DNA of 64,000 nucleotides from Orbicella franksi (Eukaryota): NCBI GenBank assembly GCA_964199315.1, contig OZ116699.1, positions 1,922,001 to 1,986,000 of the forward strand, read 5' to 3'. Shown piece by piece: positions 13,745 to 24,121 of this stretch (position 1 is its first letter; each line of letters starts with the position of its first letter). The notes under the pieces were generated by a model. It saw only the letters and a program-made list of their open reading frames with translations, ran no database searches and was not told where the DNA came from. The position numbers and the translations under genes were made by a program.

Positions 13745-14468
13745 TAGATATGCTTGCGCTTATACGACGTATCCTTCCGTATTCCTCAAATTTGTGCCTT
13801 CAGAATTTCTCCTTTGAAAACAGGAATAACTATTGTTAACGGTAATTTCTATTTACAGTGGTGAGGTTACGTCTGTTAATCACAAAGTTCAGTGAGGCAT
13901 CTTTTAAGCTCGGTGATATTTCATGATTTGTTTCTCCTTTACACAGCTGCAGCCTCTCTTACACTTTTTCGCAAACAATTTTGAAATGACAATTAAAATT
14001 GAAATAAATTTAGCCAATGATCTCATAGAATCATCTTGTAATCAATTATTGCATTGAATTCAACGTCTGTAAAAGTAACCCGACGCAATATTTTACCGAC
14101 CAAATTCAATAACTGTAACCCGGTTTTAGCTTTTCATATGTCAATCATGGATAGGTGTAGAGAAAAATTCAGACACAGCGGGCAACCCTGAACAAAAATT
14201 CATGCATCGAATATATGGGAGATAAGACTTATTCTCCATAAAGAGAAAAAAAAAATAATACATGATTCCCTACGGAAAAAAAAAATATTGCAGATAAAAC
14301 TTCTCCCCCAAAAATGAGAATTTCCTATTCCTCGCACCTTTCCTATACTAACGGTTTGCTACCAAATATATATTTTTCAGGGAAGAGACCGTTAGGTTTG
14401 CATAACGTTGTCACGTTGTCGTAGCTCAAAATGTTTATCAGAATGAAAAGAGGGTGTTGAATAAGTAA

Positions 14469-15034
14469 GGCCTTTTCGATACTACACCGGAGGAATTCGA
14501 AAACGGAGGTTTCACTCTAAACTGAAACGGATCAAATGTTTTCCGTCAACGCGACAATCACAAGCGGCAGAAACACTTGAATGCACCCGCGAGCATGCGC
14601 GTAATAAGGTTCTAGTGAAACGATTGTTGTTCCCGCCATCTTTTAAATCTGTTTGAACGGACTTCAATGAAAAATGTCAAATTCAGGCCGAACGAAGAAC
14701 AATTCTGAGGCAAACAACAAAAATAAGTATACGTACTTTTCGTGGTCGGACGACGAGGTGGGATTATTTCCAAACGTAGCAATAGAGTTAAAAGCCTCAA
14801 AATCGATCGAAAACATCGTGACGTAATCGTTTACAAAAGCACCGTTTTCAAAATTTTCCTGTCCACACCAAAACGCAAAGTTCACTTTTCAAATTCCTCC
14901 GGTTTCAAGAACATTTTCCAAAAGGTTTCCTTTTCAGTGGACAATTTCTTCGGATTTTTGTGGACGGTAGGCCTAATTAACCGGAGAAATACAGCTCCGT
15001 TTTCAAATCCCTCCGGCGTAGTTTGGACGTGGCC
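14469..15034. mobile_element. PIF/Harbinger-type MITE
   Basis: Termini GGCC...tacaccggaggaattcgaaaacggag and ccgttttcaaatccctccggcgtagtttggacgtGGCC, flanked by TAA on both sides (14466-14468, 15035-15037). Same family as 48064-48479. Confidence 0.8.
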
Positions 15035-15429
15035 TAAGATTGTAAGTTGGAGGTTTAATTTTTAGAAACTTGAAACCAGCATAAAAAATGAGTTTAGACA
15101 TCAATGCACTCAAAATTAGCAAGCGATAAACCATATATGTACTTATAATTATCTCGCTCTTTCTTTTTTTTTTTTTGAAATCGATTTAATTCCGCGCCAC
15201 TTTTTTGAGTCTTTTAATTATTGACATCGGTTATACATGACCGAGTTTTATTGAACATGTCACAAGACAGGGTTATTAAAGACCATGTCGCGTCACAGAG
15301 TTATGCAAGGGGCTGATGAAGTAGGCAACAGACTGTAAATGTTTTGGAAACAGTAAATTCTGTACCCTGTGTGCCCAGTTTCATACAGGCGTGATTTTAA
15401 ATCAAAGGTCAATCAAGGAAAAACAGCGT

Positions 15430-15640
15430 GGTTGATGTAGGAATATTAGTAAAATAATTGAGGCCAAACGTCCAGTGATGGGCTTCTGTCGAGGAAAGGC
15501 CCTTGCTTGAAGAGCGGCTCTTTCTTGCTCGTAGGGGGGTTGGAGAGGTTGGAGAGGACGGAGAGGGCCGTCAGAGATATAGTTCTTGCTTCAATTAGGA
15601 AGGAAGAGATTCGGTCGCGGCAGGAATTAGGATTTGGAGT
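15430..15640 (-). mobile_element. Possible degenerate Penelope-like 3' tail
   Basis: Minus-strand frame reads RDRISSFLIEARTIS(P)DGL, weakly like the 'YLIxxAKTIxPxGLN' ends of GIY-YIG retroelements. Weak match. Confidence 0.3.
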
Positions 15641-16112
15641 GAAAAATGTTATGCGTTTACAACAATAAAGTATGCTAACTAACTAAACATAACCGATACA
15701 TAAAAGCAATCCCTATAGTTTTCAAATAAAGTCTTCGAGAATACTGCAAAAATAAAATATACAGAACAAGGGCTACAGTATAGAGGGTTATTCTGCTTTA
15801 TAAGCTGATAGATCTTGATTTTATGATGTTTATTAGGGGCGCAGTTGTGCAGTCGAGAGGTAGCTTTACTCTTTATTAACCAAATGAAATTCGAGTAAAA
15901 ATAAATTCAGATAAAACTAGATCATTTATTGTGTGTAAATACGGAATACAGGTATTGTTTTAAGCGATCACTGGATACACATAACAAACACTGTAAGTTT
16001 GCGTAGTAAACCCCTAGTGCGCAGCTGATCTTACGAAAACTGTAACCCTAGAAGAATTTTACAGTGCTTGGAATATACGTTTGTCTTGAGAAAAAATCGT
16101 TTTATTTAATAG

Positions 16113-16252
16113 AAAGAGAGTTAGACAAGAGCTTAGCAGGAGTTTTGATTAGGCGAAGACCTGCTAACAGAGATGAGTGGGATCAATTTAGTCCACGACT
16201 AGGCAGATCAGCTGATGGGACCAGTGTAAAAAGGAGACTACCTGGCGCGTAA
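16113..16252 (+). CDS. Candidate terminal exon of a neuropeptide precursor (FxPRL-amide / pyrokinin-like)
   Basis: Acceptor tttatttaatAG at 16112. Frame (E)RELDKSLAGVLI-RRR-PANRDEWDQFSPRL-GR-SADGTSV-KRR-LPGA*. Three AATAAA hexamers follow at 16277, 16281 and 16297. No signal-peptide exon was identified. Confidence 0.55.
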
Positions 16253-17149
16253 TACGCCACTCGTAGTAAAAATGAAAATAAATAAACAATCTTTTGAATA
16301 AAGTTGGTGCTTCATTGAATTTGAAAACGGCTGAATATGATGAGTGTATTGGAGCCTTAAAATCAAATTCGGGTTAATTAGGAAAAAATTAAAAATCTAA
16401 TGTTTTTAAGAGGCTCAAGTAGCTATCATCACCCCGACCTTCAATGGTTCGGCATTATTATCTAGTCCATTGAAAGCAGCTTTACTTCTCGACTCATTAT
16501 GCTATGTGTAATGGAGTTAGCGCCTGCAAGGTAAACCAATTGGTCTTTAAAGTCATGACTGTTGAATTGCTTGAATTATGAAAATGCTAGTATTTAGCAT
16601 ATAACGTTTCAGCTGACTATATTCCCAATAATATCTTAACACGCACAAGCCGGTAAAGACCTTTTAAAGTGGACTTCTCACAAAATATTTTAATTTTCAC
16701 CAAGCTGTTAATTTGGGTGCTAATTTAATCCAATTTTCTTTCACTAAGTAAAATCGAGACGTTTTCTTCTTAATCTACACGTAATTCGAAGAACTTTTCT
16801 TTTAAAACGTAATTGTAAACAGCAATACAGTTTGATTTGCGACTCATTGTGTAATGTACAAAGCCTTTCATGGCTTTGTCAAGACATTGCAAACGATTTT
16901 TCACCAAAAATATGAACAGCTGCTTTCAGCGTGTCATAGTTGTATAACTTTACAAAGAAATGGTGCTTTGACAAAAATTTGAGATATTCTTTGTTTTTCT
17001 TTCTGTTAGTACAACCGTGCAGATGGCTTTGATCAATATCGCAATACCGCCTCATAGAAAGAGAACGACCTCCAACATTTTGCACCTACTCTAAAAGACG
17101 CCTCGAGCCACATAGACGTTAACAAGAAACGTTCATTTTCCGAGTCAAG

Positions 17150-20100
17150 ATGAAGACGTTTTTCGTCGTTGTCCTCATGGCTTTGTGTGCCCACGGCAAG
17201 TATATAATGATTTGGTATTTCTTATTCAATTGTCTTTCCTTGGGGGGGAATACACTGAAAATGGAAGGGGCCCGCCCCTGCCGGACAATCTCGACAAGTA
17301 CAATTGCAGATTTACACAACCGTTTAACTTTCGTTTAACTTGCAGAGGCCATTTTCCACCTAAAAATAAGAAGACACCAAATAACGTAAGGAGCAGATGA
17401 AATAGAGATAACTTGATCAGCACAAAGCCAAATCAACCTAATTTGAACTGAATGAGGCCAAAATAAAAAAAATAGAACGATAAAGATTTTCCCTACGACA
17501 AATTCAATTACAGCTTTCAACAAGTTATAGTCTTATAGGGGTGACTTTCCAAAGTGATCCTCTGTTTATACTTTGCTTTGGTACCTGTCCAACCAACAAA
17601 AGCCATTATCGGGCTTTGCACGAACAAAACCACTTCGGCATGTCCCATAGGGGGATATCTTTGAGAGCAGGACTGAAAGTTTCCGCTAATGGGAGCTTAA
17701 AAATGTAACCTCACTTTACTGTTTCGTGTGTGGCCAGGACCACAACCGTGATTGCCGGCAGTGGGAGCTGTCCTTAAAGGTCTAAAACTTGCTCTTGGTA
17801 TTTTTTACAGGGTGTCTTTCATATTAAATATGTTTTAACTGTTAATATTTCTTTACTGGCAGGAGACCAGAAGTCTCCAAGACCTCCAGGATACAATACC
17901 TTCACGAAGAACTTCAAAGGAAGATCATCATTGCAGGCAGGAGGTGAATAAATTCGTAAATAAGTTTTATATAAATCTACATCCATTTTCATCTAAAATC
18001 CTGGTTAACCAAATGATTGCTGAATCTGCTGACCTAGTACATTGTTGTTCGCAGACGTTGTCGAAGGAGATATTATGCTCGACAGCAAAACTGCCGCTCT
18101 GTACCGGGGAGAGTCGAGAAATGCCATGAAGAACGTGAATCTGTGGAAAAATGGAGTTGTGCCTTATATTCTGGATGCAAGTGTGGGTAAGGGATAAATT
18201 GAGAGCTAAATGGGGTGGGGTGGGGAGGGAGGGGGAAGGGGGAGGAGACCTTATTTTGCGATGACATAATGTTAATCGTATCTTTTAGGGGTTGAAAATT
18301 TTACCTTTCGGGGGACACCATTTCGCAATATTGTCGTACTTAAAGCATCGGTTGGGCACATTATGAAAGTAAGCTGCAAATAAACTGGAACCAGATGTCA
18401 AGAATGAATTCGAATTTATTAATTTCTTTATTGGTATAACGTGACACTCATCAAACTAAATAGGAAAAACGTTACATTGGTTCTTCTCGGGGAGTAAAAA
18501 TAACCTTGAACAGCGAAGGAAAAGATGGATTCTAATACCTCAGTAGGGGTTTTTCCGAACATAGCAGGTACACCTCTGTTACTTTAATGTGGGAATACTC
18601 TATCGTTACAGTTTACTTTTTTATCAGTAGGTTTACATTTGTTCTTCCTCCACTTGTTATAGCATTGTAGTCAAAATAGCAATTGGCATTTTACATCGTT
18701 AACAGTTGTTTTTTCTTTGTAGATGATTATTTACGAAGCCAGATTGACGAGGGAATCAAGGAATACCACAAATATACCTGTCTTCGGTTTGTAAAGAGAA
18801 CAAACGAAAAAGATTACATCAGGGTTATGAAACCAGCCTCGGGGTGAGTGAGTTTTTTAAGACAACTGTACAAGTTCTAAAAATGTTTAATTATTGATTT
18901 GCAGCTCGATCGTCGAAGGAAACCCTTTAATTATTACTTTCGATACCGATCTCAGCCTCTAAAATATGTGGCCTGTTTCTGTATTCATTTGATAGGCTTA
19001 CATTGTTTTTAAACGAAAACACGTATTTCAGTCCAAAAAGGCCGAAATCATACGAGATTATTCCCTCCAAGAGGAGGGGATAGGGAGTCGTAGAGTGGGC
19101 GTGAAATGGTTCCGTGATGTCCCATTTTAGGCAGACTGGCTTTTCACTTTCACGGCTTTCTTTTCGTTCTAGCTGTAACTCAATGGTGGGCGCCATCGGA
19201 GGAGAACAAATCCTTAACATGGGAGATGGCTGTCAGTATGTAGGGCTTGTTCTCCACGAGTTCGGTCACGCAATCGGCTACTTCCACGAACACAACAGAC
19301 CTGACCGTGACGATGTGGTTAATATTATGTGGGATAACATTCAGTATGGTAAGAAAAAATTTTTTTCTCCTAGCAGTATGAATGAGTTGTCTTAAACAGG
19401 TGACTGATCAATTACCGTCACCATCGGCTGCCAAGCTGAGTGAAATATCTTGATGGCGCTTCAGTTCTCTTTCGTCAAACAGCTATCTTGCATCAGGTAG
19501 TCGTCAACTGTCTTCGGGAGATCATCGGACGTATTTCTCACTTACCCTCCCGATGACGTTAAAAAATCATTTAATTCTTTAGGAGATCTTCAGCAATCTT
19601 CGGAAGAATTCAGAGGATCTTTGGGGGTCTTCGCACTCTTCTATCCGGAAGTCATCCGTTCTACTTTGCTAGCATGGGATCTTCGAAGTTCGCTCGATCG
19701 GATTCTTCGGGGTGATTTTAATTTGCCTCAGCCTACAAAATTTTGCGAAAATTACCTCTGTCCAAACTAAACTATTAAAATTATTTTTTCTATGATGAAT
19801 TCGATAAGAGCATTTCATTAAAAGTAGTAAGCAACTTAAAAAGTGCACATAAAATATCTCTTCATAGTCAATGAACTCTGTGGGTTTTTAGTCGTTGCGT
19901 TTTATTCAATTCTATTAAATGAGCAATACTTAACCTGCCCTTCCTTCTTTGGCAGGTTTCAAGGATGCTTTCTACAAGTACACTTTTGACGAGGCTGATG
20001 TACAGGGCTTCAAGTATGATCTCACCTCCATCATGCACTACGAGAACACCGCATTCACCAACGGCTATTGTCGTCCAACTATGCTTGTTAAGAAGGATCC

Positions 20101-23100
20101 CTCGTACGAGGTCACCCCTGTTTACCTGAGGAAATTCAGCCCCCAGGATATTCAGAAAATAAACAAGCTTTACAGCTGTCAGACTAATCAGCTACCGCCC
20201 ACAGGTAAAACACAGCGCAGACTTCAGATTCCCGCTTCGTCCATCAACTAAGGTGGAAGACTACATTGTTAGATACCACATTAAAATTTCTATTCACATT
20301 CAGATTTCAGTTAGGATTCGTGCTCTGTTCGCTTTCTTTGGGAGTGTGTTCCTGCTTCTACCTAGGTATATAAAAGGATGCTGGGAAAGTGGTGTAAAAC
20401 CGGGAAAAAATGCTGGTTCTGGATAGCCTGCAAAGACTAACTAGGGGAGTTCACTCCGAGCTGCGAAAACAACAATTTAGCATCATGCTGATGAACCTTC
20501 AGGTTTGCTCAGTTTGGTCAGGATAAGGGCATGCAGTTTTCGTCATAGCTATTCCATCAATAGTAAGATTTTCTCTGTCATAAAGGTTTTTGGGACAAGG
20601 AGATAACTGTTGGGAACTGGGTCCGGGGAAACCTTAGACGTCTGACGGTAGATTGCGCACCGTCTGGCAGAGACTAGTGTTGAACAATACAAGGAAAATT
20701 AAAACTTCCAATGGTTAAATGGATTTGATTTATTTTATTTTTCAGTGTTACCTGGAAGTGGAAATCCGGACCCATCTCGTAAGTTCTCTGTTCATCTTCT
20801 GAAGTATTTATAAATAGAACAGCTAGTGTGACATGAGACGGCTAAATAAAGGAAAATAACATGTCGCAAAACGAACTGAATCGACAGTTTTTTCATGCAC
20901 CTGACTCAGTTCAACGGTGTTAATCGTCTACTTGCATTCTTTGATCAGAAATGAAATGTAGAGAAAACTAAGACATTTCCGAAAAAAAAACAACGAATAG
21001 ATAGGATCAGTTTGCTATCTGAATGTTATTTTCATTTTTCTAAGCCACAAACAATTCGGTGTACTTAATTTTGGAAAGAATTAATTCTTGCTTCAATGAT
21101 TGAAATACAAAATTTTTTGCGAGTGGAGATTACTGCGGTAACTAATGTTCGCAATTTGCTAAACAGTCGCGAAAGTCGTGAATATACGCTCTGGTTCTGC
21201 GCCGACAATAACAAAAATTTACTCTTAGATGAGCTTGAGTCAGGTTACAAACCAGTACATGAAAAAATCTTTCGTCTTCTGCGCTCTTTTGTTACTCAAG
21301 GTGTAATTAGACTTACTGTGTCAATTTCTTTAAGAATGTGTCTGTAAGGATAAATACAACGACTGCCAAGGATGGAGGGACTCGGGCGAGTGTGGCCTCA
21401 ATCTGATGTGGATGAGCACCAACTGTCCAAAGAGCTGTAGAACATGTGGTGGTATGTGACAGTTCTAGACCGCAACAATGGTGATTTCAAAGCTTCTGCA
21501 TTAAAGTTTACTTTCATTCTTTTGACTAACTGTCTTTCTTTTTTGAATTTTTTTTTCTGCAGAACCACCTTCAGGTGAGCGCTGTCGATTTACGTATCAC
21601 TACGATTTTGTTTCTTTAAATCTTTAACATCATATAGATTAATGTTTAAAACTTACGAGCACCGTGATATAGTTTGCCTTTGATAACTTAAAAGCGACTC
21701 TCATAAAACTTACGAAATGCATGAAATCCAACTAAAAGAGAAAAAAACAGTTGAATGTTGATAATTAAACTCTATATATTTCATTTCTTTTCATTCGGAG
21801 AAGGCCTTGTCACATTGTCCGAAACATTGCATTTAAAAATTAATATTTTTAACTTCAAAAAACTCCGTTAAACATAGATCAAACTCCGTCTTAAATCTCA
21901 ACGCCTCCCAGATTTTAAATTAGAATCAGTAATTTAACCCGTAAATGAAAATATATTCGCCCATGACTTCAGGCGGCGTTCGTGGAAATATGTTTCAACA
22001 ACCGAGGTAGAACTACAGTTTAATTGCTAATGGCAAATTTGTATTTTAATAAAACAAACATTTCGTACTTTTTAGATTGTCAGGATGTGTATCCCGTGGC
22101 GTGTGAGGACTGGGGCAAAGGCGGCGAGTGTTCAAAGAACCCTATCTGGATGAACGTTCATTGTAAAAGAACTTGCAGTCAGTGTTCAGGTGAATAACAT
22201 AGTTTTATTCATCAATAAGGCATGCTGGTGTAATTACTAACACTTAAGACTCTGTATCGGTTCGAAATTCGGGTTCGAACATGGCTGGTTTTTCACGACG
22301 TGTTATTTTGGCGAGACGTGCACATTGCCTCTCTCCACTTAAAGACATGAACGGCACTACCTGACGGAATAGCTGTGAGGAGTGGGGCGAGATACTGCTG
22401 TGAACTGCTGCCAGGAACTAGATTTTAATCATTTTTACGTGGTACTAGCTAGGCTTCGAAGTATAACGTGTGTCCAGTTAGCACCTATCGTGCTAGATGC
22501 ATTATTTGACACGCAAATAAAGCTACTTACTTCAAGTTACTAAGTAAGGTCGATGTAATTAGATAACTGCAAGTGTCGAAGCAGTGCAACGGAAACAGAC
22601 CCAGGAAGCATATTATATTTTTAATTAACATTTCTGTTATCAATCTATACAGGACAACTTTGGTACATGTTGTTTTACTTTTATAAAAATAATATTGGGA
22701 AAACTGAAGCAGTCTGTAAATAAAGCTTTTAAACTCTGCGGTAAGAATTGTCTTTTGAAGGACAAACAGAATCAATACAACTCTTAAGCGATATAAAGAT
22801 AGATTTCTCTCTTGTATAATTGAGAACATGGGAACTTCACCTTGTTCGAAGCGGATCGTGTTTACTCTCTATCACTTTAAAACAGTGAAAAGTCGCCACC
22901 GCGCTCAAATGCTGACAGATATCTGACAATTAAGCACCACATTTCAACCTAAACTTAACTAAGACCCATAACATTGCTTTCTTATCTTTGTTAAGGTGCA
23001 ACTCAACCTCCCCTCCCTGGAACCACTGCGGTACCTACTCCCCCTCCCCCTGGCACAACTCAAGGACCTCAGCCTCCCCAGCCCACCACTCAGCCGCCTG

Positions 23101-24121
23101 GAAATTGCAATGACGTTTATCCACAGTACTGTCCTGATTATAAGAAACGAAGAATGTGTCAAACACATGTAAATTACATGGGGCAAGTTTGCAAGAAAAC
23201 CTGCGGATTTTGCGGTAAGTTGGAGTAACCATGGTAACTGGTAAGGGAGAGCTCTAGGGTAGGATTTTTTTTCTGTGGGTTGAGTAAGGATTGTTTGTAT
23301 TCTTCGTGATCAACCGGGCGTATAACTAATCTAAGTCAGAACTGTCCTTTCCCAACAGAATACATAACAAGGAAACTAAACGATCTTTGTCGTGGACTAG
23401 TGTAACCCTCGCCTGCGGCTCCTATTTCCATAGCATTTCGACTTGTTCCCTCAAACTTCCCCTCGTGTTTTTATAACTCGATAGAAACACAGAAGATGTT
23501 TTTCTTTCTTTTTTTTATTTTAGTTTCCACACACCTCCACAATACCAGCAAACATTTCAAGTCATCCGTCAAAAAACCAAGCAGCATCGGTTCCAATAAG
23601 ATATTACTAAATATAATATATAGTGCATAGTCTGGATAGGTTTTAATTTGGCGAAAGGTATCAGTCTGGTTCTGGCTATGTAAATGAAGATGAATAAATG
23701 CTAGAGGGGAGAAGGCGGGAGGGTTGCCCTAATATGGACTTGCAACAAAACCAGCGGACAGTATGCATTACTCCTGTTACTTCAGGCAAAGTGAAGTAAC
23801 AGGAGTAACGGGGTAACAGCTGATGAATTTACCTTTTTCAGACAAGAGGACTTTGACAGGTCTGATATAATCATTATCATACTGTTAGGTGGCGGCGGCT
23901 CAGGAAATTGTAAAGATGTGTACCCTCAGTACTGCCCAGGGTACAAACAGAATGGCATGTGTACTGATCCTAACTACCTGGACTATGTCAAGGAGGTCTG
24001 CAAGTTCACCTGTGGCTTCTGTAGTAAGTACTATTTGATATCCTATTCAACTCACGTTTTGGTACAGGTCTGTTATTTGATTTAATGTCTAATCAATTTT
24101 TATTTTTCTATTTCAGGTTAA
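17150..24121 (+). CDS. Secreted astacin (M12A) zinc metalloprotease with four ShKT domains
   Basis: Exons 17150-17195 (signal MKTFFVVVLMALCAHG, GC donor), 17863-17943, 18055-18186 (VVEGDI...RNA), 18723-18843, 19173-19348 (HEFGHAIGYFHEHNRPDRD), 19956-20204 (Met-turn SIMHY), 20746-20778, 21335-21451 (ShK1), 21563-21574, 22076-22189 (ShK2), 22996-23214 (P/T linker + ShK3), 23889-24023 (ShK4), 24117-24121 (S-stop). All phases are consistent. Confidence 0.95.
22250..22430 (+). mobile_element. Degenerate tRNA-derived SINE fragment in an astacin intron
   Basis: Contains gggttcga (B-box-like) and 'tgcctctctccac', both similar to the intact SINE at 62547-62853. Confidence 0.45.
23768..23808. repeat. 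Perfect 17-bp inverted repeat with a 7-nt loop
   Basis: ttactcctgttacttca-ggcaaag-tgaagtaacaggagtaa, in astacin intron 11. Confidence 0.9.
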
